From assembly GCF_013213835.1 (NCBI RefSeq), contig NZ_JABSSU010000005.1, positions 205,294 to 269,293 of the forward strand: a stretch of 64,000 nt of DNA. The letters run 5' to 3'. This document shows positions 41,387 to 48,620 of this stretch, in pieces. Made by a program: the position numbers and the translations under genes. Under the pieces are notes generated by a model, which was not told the origin of the DNA, searched no databases, and worked only from the letters and a program-made list of their open reading frames with translations. Numbering within the stretch: the first letter of the stretch is position 1; each line of letters begins with the position of its first letter. Source of the DNA: Winogradskyella sp. (lineage in GTDB: Bacteria > Bacteroidota > Bacteroidia > Flavobacteriales > Flavobacteriaceae).

Positions 41387-42121
41387 TTATTTATTGCTAG
41401 AATTAAATTCAAGAATAAAATTTAAACCCTCTAAAAGAAAATTTGCGTTGGCAAATATGCTATTTTTTAATTGGTTTCCCAAAAATTCAGTGTCACCTCC
41501 AGTTAAAATAATCTTTAAATCTGGGTATTTTAACAAATAATTATCTATTACGCCATCTAATTCTTTGGTTACTCCCATAACAACACCTGAGTGAATCGAT
41601 GATTCCGTTGAATTACCTGTAATATTTTCTGGTATTGACTTTTCTAATAAAGGAAGATTTGCAGTGAAATCATTTAGTGATTTGTAACGTAATCGAATTC
41701 CAGGTGAAATTGCACCACCTAAATATTCATTTTTGTTGGTTATAAAATCATATGTTATACACGTCCCTGCGTCTATGATCAATACATCATGATTAGGAAA
41801 TTGATTTACTGAAGCGCTAACCAAAGCTATTCTATCTACCCCAAGTGTTTTAGGTGTACTATAAGAGTTAATAAAAGGTAATTCTATTTGATGATTTAGT
41901 AATAAAACATCAATATCTTTTTGAAGTAATCTGAGATGATCATCAGGCAATTTACCTACAGAAGAAACGATTGCTGATTTTAATTTTGGAAATCTTTTTT
42001 TTAAGTGTTGGTATTGTTCTTTAAAGTGAGAAAGCTCAAAACTTTGTTTAAAATTCAATCTATTTTGACTAAAAACGGCAAATTTCACAAAAGTATTTCC
42101 AACATCAACTATAAGATTCAT
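41387..42121 (-). CDS. coaX: Type III pantothenate kinase
   Basis: 244 aa. N-terminus MNLIVDVGNT and an ASKHA fold pattern. Confidence 0.88.
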   Translation of the reverse strand: MNLIVDVGNTFVKFAVFSQNRLNFKQSFELSHFKEQYQHLKKRFPKLKSAIVSSVGKLPDDHLRLLQKDIDVLLLNHQIELPFINSYSTPKTLGVDRIALVSASVNQFPNHDVLIIDAGTCITYDFITNKNEYLGGAISPGIRLRYKSLNDFTANLPLLEKSIPENITGNSTESSIHSGVVMGVTKELDGVIDNYLLKYPDLKIILTGGDTEFLGNQLKNSIFANANFLLEGLNFILEFNSSNK

Positions 42122-42171
42122 AAGGAATTAATGAATTGCAAATTTATAAAATCAAATTTTACAATTTTATT

Positions 42172-42202
42172 TTTGCGAATAATAAAAATGAATATATATT
42201 TG
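42172..42202 (+). promoter_or_regulatory. Bacteroidetes-type sigma-A promoter for tRNA-Phe
   Basis: TTTG (42172-42175), a 19-nt spacer, then TAtaTTTG (42195-42202). This matches the -33 TTTG / -7 TAnnTTTG consensus. The box ends 21 nt before the tRNA 5' end. Confidence 0.5.
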
Positions 42203-42223
42203 CATCCGCTTATTTAAGCAACT

Positions 42224-42299
42224 GGTGCCTTAGCTCAGTTGGTAGAGCAAAGGACTGAAAATCCTTGTGTCCCTGGTTCGATTCCTGGAGGCACCACCA
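42224..42299 (+). tRNA. tRNA-Phe (anticodon GAA), CCA encoded
   Basis: GGTGCCT-TA-GCTC-AGTTGGTA-GAGC-A-AAGGA-CTGAAAA-TCCTT-GTGTC-CCTGG-TTCGATT-CCTGG-AGGCACC-A-CCA. There is one U-U mismatch in the T-stem. Confidence 0.9.
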
Positions 42300-42300
42300 T

Positions 42301-42332
42301 AAAAAATCCGGTTCAATTGAATCGGATTTTTT
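42301..42332 (+). terminator. Strong rho-independent terminator after tRNA-Phe
   Basis: aaaaaatccggttcaa-ttgaatcggatttttt: a near-perfect long palindrome followed by T6. Confidence 0.85.
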
Positions 42333-42523
42333 GGTTTTAGACATTTATACTCCATATAAAGTTTTAGTCTATACAGAAAACACACTACCTTGGTCATCAT
42401 GCAAAAAACCTCAACAGGACTAGGAAATTAACCTATGATAAATTCTAACTCGACAGCGACTAATTATCAATTTTTTTAACAATTTTTCGTAATTTTAGTT
42501 TTAAATAACTAAATCAATTAACT

Positions 42524-42883
42524 ATGACGTTCTCTAGTAAAGAAGCTTTTAGCACTCGTGAATCAATGAATCAAGACGCAATGGATGACTTAAATTTTGG
42601 TGTTATTAGAATGGATCGTAACGCTAACATTAAAGCCTATAACAAATACGAATTAAATCTCTCGGGAAATCAGCGTGAGGAAGTTTTGGGAAAAGATTTT
42701 TTTAAACAGATTGCACCATGCACAAACAACTTTATGGTTGCAGAAAAATACCTGTTAGATGATATTATTGATGAAGAAATAGATTATATTTTCACCTATC
42801 GTATGGCACCAACCAAAGTGAAATTGCGATTGCTTTCTAACCCTAATGAGAACCATCAATATCTCCTCGTTCAAAAGTCTTGA
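42524..42883 (+). CDS. pyp: Photoactive yellow protein (PYP), p-coumaric-acid-binding PAS photoreceptor
   Basis: 119 aa, colinear with remembered Halorhodospira halophila PYP. Matches include LNFGVIRMD..N.NI.AYN.YE (Tyr42/Glu46 equivalents Tyr39/Glu43), GKDFFKQIAPCT (chromophore Cys66, TGC at 42719-42721) and YRMAPTKVKL. Confidence 0.9.
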   Translation: MTFSSKEAFSTRESMNQDAMDDLNFGVIRMDRNANIKAYNKYELNLSGNQREEVLGKDFFKQIAPCTNNFMVAEKYLLDDIIDEEIDYIFTYRMAPTKVKLRLLSNPNENHQYLLVQKS

Positions 42884-42893
42884 TTTGTAGCCC

Positions 42894-44132
42894 ATGCGTA
42901 GTGAAGCAGAAAAAGAAATTCATTCTTTAATCGGGTTTTTAAACCAATGTCCATTTGCAATTATTAAAGCAGATAGTGATGGGCAAATTGTTATGCAAAA
43001 CGCCGCCGCCAGTCAGATCCTTATACCGTTTTGTCTTAGTAAGGGTTGTTCAACCTCTGATATTTATGCTATTATAAACGAAATGCATCCAGATTGGTTA
43101 GACCGTATTAAATCTTTTGATGCAGATTTTGGGAATATCATCGAAAATGAAAGAGTAGGTATTGCTTTTTCTAATCGGGAGGCAGATTTACATCTCGCTT
43201 TTTCGGTAATTAAAATTGATGAAAATACGTTTCAATACGCATTCAACGACATAAGCGCACGAGTTAAAATTGAAGAAGAACTAAACGCTCTTGCAGAATC
43301 TAAAGCGCTTGAAGCAGGTAAGCTTGAGATGGCAACGGGTGTTTTACACGATATCGGAAACGCAGTAACATCTTTTGGAACAGATGTAGCGCGACTACAA
43401 AATAAAGTTGAAGGCAAAGAAAAAGACGAACTCAAAAAACTTGAAACGTTATTTAGCAAGCAAGAAGCTGCATTTGACAAGGCCTTAGGGACTGGCAAAG
43501 GTACTGCATTAAAAAAATTCATTAATGTACTTCAGCAGAGTCTTGCACATCGTGAGACTGATGTAGCAACAATAATAAAGAAACTATATCAAACAACTAG
43601 CCATATTCAAGACATCCTTAATATTCAACGCAACTACGTAAAGGGCAAAGTTAAAGGCGAAAGAGCAAAGTTTAAGCTAAGTTCTATTATTGATGACGCA
43701 TTAGCCATACAGGAAAGAGGACTTCTAAAAAGAGATGTCTTAATAACAAAGGATATTCCTTTAAACAACCCATTAATTAGCGGTGATAAAACAAAGCTTA
43801 TTCAAGTTCTTATCAATGCTTTTAAAAATAGTGCAGAAGCTTTTGATGAAGTTAAAGAAACAAGAGAGAAAACTTTACATATAGATTTAAGCATAGATAA
43901 AGCCTCTAATATGGTCATACTTAGTATTGAAGACAACGCTATAGGTTTTGAACCCAGCTTATCTGACAAATTATTAGAAAAAGGAAATACTTTTAAAAAG
44001 ACTGGAACTGGATTTGGACTTTACAATTGCAAACAAATTATAGAAACCCATCAAGGTGAAATTAGTATTACTAGCAATGGCCCTAATCAAGGCGCAAAAT
44101 TTACAATTAAAATACCTTACACAAACCAATGA
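42894..44132 (+). CDS. Soluble PAS-domain sensor histidine kinase
   Basis: 412 aa with no TM helix. N-terminal PAS-like fold (about aa 10-125, ending FNDISARVKIEEEL). H-box GVLHDIGNAV, N-box INAFKNSAEA, G-boxes EDNAIGF and GTGFGLYNCKQI. It starts 10 nt after the pyp stop, and its stop overlaps the next ATG (ATGA). Confidence 0.9.
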   Translation: MRSEAEKEIHSLIGFLNQCPFAIIKADSDGQIVMQNAAASQILIPFCLSKGCSTSDIYAIINEMHPDWLDRIKSFDADFGNIIENERVGIAFSNREADLHLAFSVIKIDENTFQYAFNDISARVKIEEELNALAESKALEAGKLEMATGVLHDIGNAVTSFGTDVARLQNKVEGKEKDELKKLETLFSKQEAAFDKALGTGKGTALKKFINVLQQSLAHRETDVATIIKKLYQTTSHIQDILNIQRNYVKGKVKGERAKFKLSSIIDDALAIQERGLLKRDVLITKDIPLNNPLISGDKTKLIQVLINAFKNSAEAFDEVKETREKTLHIDLSIDKASNMVILSIEDNAIGFEPSLSDKLLEKGNTFKKTGTGFGLYNCKQIIETHQGEISITSNGPNQGAKFTIKIPYTNQ

Positions 44133-45703
44133 CAATGAAGATAAAAAGTAGATTATTAATAATTGACGACGAAGAAATTGTAAGAGATAGTATAAGAGAA
44201 ATCTTAACCCCTGAAGAAGAAGACAATTTTTCCTTAGATCTTGGCGAAGCTTCAGCTGATCTTTTTGGCGACACACAAGAGGTTATCGAAAGAAATCCTA
44301 GAAGTTTACACCCACATTTTGACATTGTCGAAGCTAAAAATGGTGAGGAAGGTTTGCAACGCGTTAAAGAAAGTCTTGAGGCTAACGAACCGTTTAATGT
44401 TATTTTTATTGATATGCGAATGCCCGGCTGGGATGGCTTAACTACTTGTGTAGAAATACGTAAAATTGACCCGAAAGCACAAATTTCTTTTATCACTGCA
44501 TTTACTGACCGTAGTATTGATGAAATCATAAAATTAGCTGGTGGAGATGTGGGTTACTTAAGCAAACCCTTTATTCCAGAAGAAATATTACAATTAGCAA
44601 CAAAAAGTCTTTACGATTGGGCGAGATTAACCAATTTAGAAAAATTGCTAGAAATTATTGGTGAAATTGGTCTTGGTACAACACAACTAAAAACGCTTCT
44701 AACTAATATTTTACATCAAATTGCAGATTATATAGGTTCTGACTATGCTGTTTTAGGTAAATTAGAAGCAGATGGTTTCGAAGAGATTTCTGTTATGGGC
44801 ATTGGCAAAGAACGTATTAAGATAGACGTTCTTTCAGAAAAAATAGATTTAAAGGCAATACACGATATTCAATATACTGAAGGTCTATTAGTTTGCCCTC
44901 TCGAGCAATACTATATTCTGGCCGTACCTTCTAAGCCCGAACTATTCAACCAAGAAAAAATCTATTTATTACGACTATTTGTTGAAAATGCAGTGAGAGC
45001 TATCCACAATTCTGAATTAAACGAAGAACTATTAAAACGAGAGAAGCTTTCTGCAGTTGGACAAGCGATAAGTATGGTAATGCATGATATTAGAAACCCC
45101 ATAGCTCACCTCACTAACATAGGGCAGTTAATTCAAATGAACCCTGGCGATAGTAGTCAAAATGAGACAATGGCTCAATTGATCCTAAAATCTACCGACA
45201 ATGCACTAAATATAATTACAGATGTCTTAGATTTTACTAAGAATGCATCAATCCATAAAAAGGAAATAACCCTTAAAAATTGGTTAGATGAAATTATAAG
45301 TCGTCTTAAAGGACGTGACGGTTTTGAAACTGTAGATATCAATATCACAGGCATGCAAGATGCTACAATAGAATTAGATCCTAAGAAAATGGATCGGGTT
45401 ATTATTAACCTGGTTAATAATTCTGTTGAGGCATTAGTAGATAACAAAACAGAAGCGCCAAGAGTTGAGATAAATATTTCTGAAGATGATGCCAACCTTA
45501 TTCTTAAAATCCGAGACAATGGCCCAGGTATTCCTGAAGAAATAAAAGCTAAATTATTTGAAGCATTCGTAACTAAAAACAAAGTTGATGGCACTGGCTT
45601 AGGCTTAGCTATTGTAAAACAGATCATAGACGCCCATAAAGGCTTTATTAAATTAAATGATCCTGAATTGGGAGCTGAGTTTGAAATTGGTTTACCAAAA
45701 TAA
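44129..45703 (+). CDS. Hybrid REC-GAF-histidine kinase
   Basis: 524 aa. The receiver (LLIIDDEE, FIDMRMPGWDG, LSKPF) carries an acidic insertion of about 35 aa. GAF-like middle domain. HisKA H-box MHDIRNPIAHL. HATPase_c motifs (NLVNNSVEA, RDNGPGI, GTGLGLAIVK). Confidence 0.9.
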   Translation: MTMKIKSRLLIIDDEEIVRDSIREILTPEEEDNFSLDLGEASADLFGDTQEVIERNPRSLHPHFDIVEAKNGEEGLQRVKESLEANEPFNVIFIDMRMPGWDGLTTCVEIRKIDPKAQISFITAFTDRSIDEIIKLAGGDVGYLSKPFIPEEILQLATKSLYDWARLTNLEKLLEIIGEIGLGTTQLKTLLTNILHQIADYIGSDYAVLGKLEADGFEEISVMGIGKERIKIDVLSEKIDLKAIHDIQYTEGLLVCPLEQYYILAVPSKPELFNQEKIYLLRLFVENAVRAIHNSELNEELLKREKLSAVGQAISMVMHDIRNPIAHLTNIGQLIQMNPGDSSQNETMAQLILKSTDNALNIITDVLDFTKNASIHKKEITLKNWLDEIISRLKGRDGFETVDINITGMQDATIELDPKKMDRVIINLVNNSVEALVDNKTEAPRVEINISEDDANLILKIRDNGPGIPEEIKAKLFEAFVTKNKVDGTGLGLAIVKQIIDAHKGFIKLNDPELGAEFEIGLPK

Positions 45704-46804
45704 ATGAATGAAATTCTAGATTTAGAAAGATTAAAAGTACTCATTAACGAAATTTTCTGGGAAACCGTTCCAAGTTGCAGAAACATTCCTTTTGAAGGAG
45801 ATTTAAGAAAGCACTTAAATATAGACTCTTTAGACGCTCTAGATTTAGCCTCAGAATTTCATTTTAGGTTCGATATGCTCTCTGAATCTAAAGAACAGTA
45901 TTTACTACAGTATGATACTGCCGAAGATTGGTTAAATCAAATTTATATTTCTGCCAATAACCCCGAAAAAAGATTTGGTTTCTTTTCTTCCGGCTCAACA
46001 GGACAACCAACACAGGTTTGGCACGATAAGCAGCAACTCATTGAAGAGCGTGACTTTTGGCTTCAAATTACCAAAGCAAAAGGCGTTATCTGTTTAGTGC
46101 CTGTGAGACATATCTACGGTTTTATTTGGGGATTAATGTTAGGTACTAAATTAGAACGGTCCAAATTTTTAAATATGAAGGACTGGCACAAAACGTCTGA
46201 ATACTCAAATGATGATGATCTTATTATTGGTCATCCTACCGCTTGGAAACATATCAATTTAACATTTTCACATAAATACGCGGTGAGCTCAACCGCACCA
46301 ATTGGTAAATCATTAATTGAAGAACTCAAGCTCGACAATATTAAGGGTTTAAATATTTATGGTAGTACGGAAACTGGAGCTATCGGCTATCAATACTGGG
46401 ATAATGATTATTTTAAATTATTACCATATTGGCAAACAGAAAGTGACAAACTAACTAGAGATAACTTTACCTTTGAAATTCCTGACCACATAGAATGGCT
46501 CAGCTCAAGTACATTCCAATTAAATGGAAGAAAAGACAAGCTTATTCAAATAGGAGGTGAAAATGTTTCTCTTATTGAAGTCGAAGCAAATCTCAAAAAA
46601 ATCTCTGGAGTTAAAAATGTTTGGGTGAAACCGTATCATAGTCATTGGGGAATTAGATTATTTAGCTATTTTCAATTACAACCAGAACAAAAAATAAATA
46701 CCTTTGAAGACAAGCTTATTGAACATTTAAAGAGCTTACCATCAAAACTTAAACCACGTAAATGGGAATTTAGCTACGACCCATTTGATAAATTGAATAT
46801 ATAA
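45704..46804 (+). CDS. pcl: Minimal adenylate-forming ligase, PYP-activation 4-coumarate ligase type, with ACP-like N-terminus
   Basis: 366 aa. ANL motifs SSGSTGQPT (aa 95-103), YGSTETG and GRKDKLIQIGGENVSLIEVE. The N-terminal 80 aa carry a carrier-protein-like LNIDSLDALDL motif. The ATG immediately follows the upstream stop, and the gene's own stop overlaps the tal ATG. Confidence 0.75.
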   Translation: MNEILDLERLKVLINEIFWETVPSCRNIPFEGDLRKHLNIDSLDALDLASEFHFRFDMLSESKEQYLLQYDTAEDWLNQIYISANNPEKRFGFFSSGSTGQPTQVWHDKQQLIEERDFWLQITKAKGVICLVPVRHIYGFIWGLMLGTKLERSKFLNMKDWHKTSEYSNDDDLIIGHPTAWKHINLTFSHKYAVSSTAPIGKSLIEELKLDNIKGLNIYGSTETGAIGYQYWDNDYFKLLPYWQTESDKLTRDNFTFEIPDHIEWLSSSTFQLNGRKDKLIQIGGENVSLIEVEANLKKISGVKNVWVKPYHSHWGIRLFSYFQLQPEQKINTFEDKLIEHLKSLPSKLKPRKWEFSYDPFDKLNI

Positions 46805-48366
46805 TGTCACAAAAAGCATCTGACATTCCGTTTTCTAAATCTTGGTCTATCGAAAATTTTATTGCTATTGGTCGTAAGCAAATTATGCCTTCAATCTCAA
46901 ACTCAGATTTTGAAAAGATTAACCAATCTCACCACACCTTAAAGAACCTCATAAAACAAGACAAATGGATTTATGGTGTAAGTAGCGGTTTTGGACCGTT
47001 AGCTTCAGAAGACGCTTCCAAGAACTCAGAAAGACAACAACGCTTAATTTATCATCTTGCAACTGGTGTAGGACCAAAACTAGATTTAGAAATTGTACGC
47101 ATGATATTCGCCTTGCGCCTTAAACAACTTGCCCAAGGTTATTCGGGAATAAACCCTGAAAGTTTCAAAATTCTTTTTAATTCCTTTAATGCAGACTTAT
47201 TACCTAAAATTCCTTCATTAGGTTCTGTTGGGGCAAGTGGTGATCTTACACCATTAGCACATTTAGCTTTAGGATTAGCAGGAGAAAGTGATTTCTACCT
47301 TAACGGTAAAAAACACTCAGCATCAGATTTTAAAAAAATAAACACTGTACAAAAAATTAAATGGTCAGATAAAGATGCTTTAGCCTTTGTAAACGGTACA
47401 GCCGCCATGACATCTATTGCGACCAAAAACTTTTACGAAACAGTCACTCTATTTCGATTAAGCACGCAACTTGCCTTTAGCTATGGTGAATGTCTAGGTG
47501 CTTACACTGAAGCTTGGCATCCAAAACTAGCAGAGTTACATCCACAAAAAGGGCATTTAGAACTTTCAGAATGGTTGTATAATAAAAGTGAAAAAGGTTG
47601 GTTTCAGAATAATCAATCTCTACAATCTGCATTCAAAACCAAATGGCCACAAGACCAATATTCTATCCGTTGTATTCCTCAACTTTTAGAAGCAGTTAGG
47701 GATCAATTAAAGCAGATTGAAGATTGCCTTACAATTGAAATTAATAGTATAAGCGACAATCCAAATTTCTATTCAGAAAATCAAGAAGTACTTCATGGTG
47801 GTAATTTTAACGGACAGCATTTATCATTTACTTCAGACCAATTAAATCTTCAAATCACCTATCTAGGCATTTATGCCGAAAAACGCATCAGCACCTTGTG
47901 CGATCCTAAATTAAATATAGGCTTACCACCATTTTTAAAATCTGGTACTACTGGTGAAAACAGTGGATTCATGGGCGCTCAAGTTACGGCTACAGCACTC
48001 TGCGCAGAATTAAAGAGTTTATATCGACCATTAAGCCTAGAGACACAGAGCACCAATGGACAAAACCAAGACATGGTGAGCATGGGAACTTCATCAACCA
48101 ATAGAGGCCAAAAATTGCTCTCTATCCTTAAATCTTTAATCAGTATTGAATGCATGGTAAATATTGAAGCCTTAAGACTTCGTAAAGAGCAACTACAACG
48201 AAATGCTTCAAATCAAAATGAAGCCTGGCTAGAATATTTCAGCCCTTATTTTCCACAATTAACTGAAGATCGTCCACTAAGTAAAGAGATAGAATACCTT
48301 TCAAACAATATCATCACTATTTGCGAAACGTTCAAAGAATTGCCATTAAAGCAGAAAAGTCATTAA
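46804..48366 (+). CDS. tal: Tyrosine ammonia-lyase (MIO-dependent aromatic ammonia-lyase)
   Basis: 520 aa. MIO triad in GSVGASGDL (Ala144-Ser145-Gly146, 47233-47241). The selectivity switch His84-Leu85 in IYHLATGVG matches TALs (HALs have Ser-His, PALs have Phe-Leu). No hutU/hutI genes are nearby. Confidence 0.8.
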   Translation: MSQKASDIPFSKSWSIENFIAIGRKQIMPSISNSDFEKINQSHHTLKNLIKQDKWIYGVSSGFGPLASEDASKNSERQQRLIYHLATGVGPKLDLEIVRMIFALRLKQLAQGYSGINPESFKILFNSFNADLLPKIPSLGSVGASGDLTPLAHLALGLAGESDFYLNGKKHSASDFKKINTVQKIKWSDKDALAFVNGTAAMTSIATKNFYETVTLFRLSTQLAFSYGECLGAYTEAWHPKLAELHPQKGHLELSEWLYNKSEKGWFQNNQSLQSAFKTKWPQDQYSIRCIPQLLEAVRDQLKQIEDCLTIEINSISDNPNFYSENQEVLHGGNFNGQHLSFTSDQLNLQITYLGIYAEKRISTLCDPKLNIGLPPFLKSGTTGENSGFMGAQVTATALCAELKSLYRPLSLETQSTNGQNQDMVSMGTSSTNRGQKLLSILKSLISIECMVNIEALRLRKEQLQRNASNQNEAWLEYFSPYFPQLTEDRPLSKEIEYLSNNIITICETFKELPLKQKSH

Positions 48367-48620
48367 ATCACATTTCTTTAACAAAGACCTTTCATTTAAA
48401 AGCTATATGACTGCAATTTTTCAATAAAAAAAATCTGCTTGAACATCATACAGAAAATAGTCTTAAGTATTGTTTTTTAGATATTTAAGTCAGATTTAAA
48501 TTCAATGACTTTAAGCTGTAATCTACACAACAATTACCAATAGAAAACTAATCGTCTAACTTAGATTTTTAATCATTATCACATTTTTAAGAAAAAGATT
48601 GAATAGTTGACTAGAAAATA

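Noticed and set aside
41325-42217. Small + strand ORFs 41325-41540 and 42005-42217, and 22110-22307 upstream of surE
   Set aside because: They overlap coaX, the S41 peptidase gene or promoter regions. They have a basic, hydrophobic, low-complexity composition and no supporting signals.
43232-45786. Minus-strand ORFs of 96-203 aa antisense to the two kinases (43232-43522, 43974-44276, 44107-44529, 45175-45786)
   Set aside because: The sense-strand proteins carry complete kinase and receiver motifs. The antisense translations are Ser/Leu/Ile-rich with no recognisable motif. These are typical shadow ORFs in AT-rich DNA.
46804-48366. The MIO lyase could be histidine ammonia-lyase (hutH)
   Set aside because: The selectivity position reads His-Leu (TAL type), not Ser-His (HAL type). 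No hutU, hutI or hutG genes are nearby, and the gene is translationally coupled to a coumarate-type ligase in a pyp operon.
45704-48366. The TAL plus ligase pair could be the starter module of flexirubin or aryl-polyene pigment synthesis, which is common in Bacteroidota
   Set aside because: No ketosynthase, dehydratase, reductase, dar-type or lipid-transfer genes are adjacent. Instead the pair is fused into an operon headed by a PYP with the chromophore Cys. Pigment synthesis elsewhere in the genome cannot be excluded.
48367-48620. Leader-peptide attenuator or riboswitch upstream of ilvD
   Set aside because: The only mini-ORFs (MTAIFQ*, MTLSCNLHNNYQ*) are not Ile/Leu/Val-rich. I could not find alternative terminator/antiterminator hairpins or a U-run terminator. 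Regulation remains unknown.
42224-48620. Integrative element inserted at tRNA-Phe
   Set aside because: There is no integrase, excisionase or transposase. There is no direct repeat of the tRNA 3' end at the distal boundary. Only the position is suggestive, so it is kept as a low-interest finding rather than called a mobile element.
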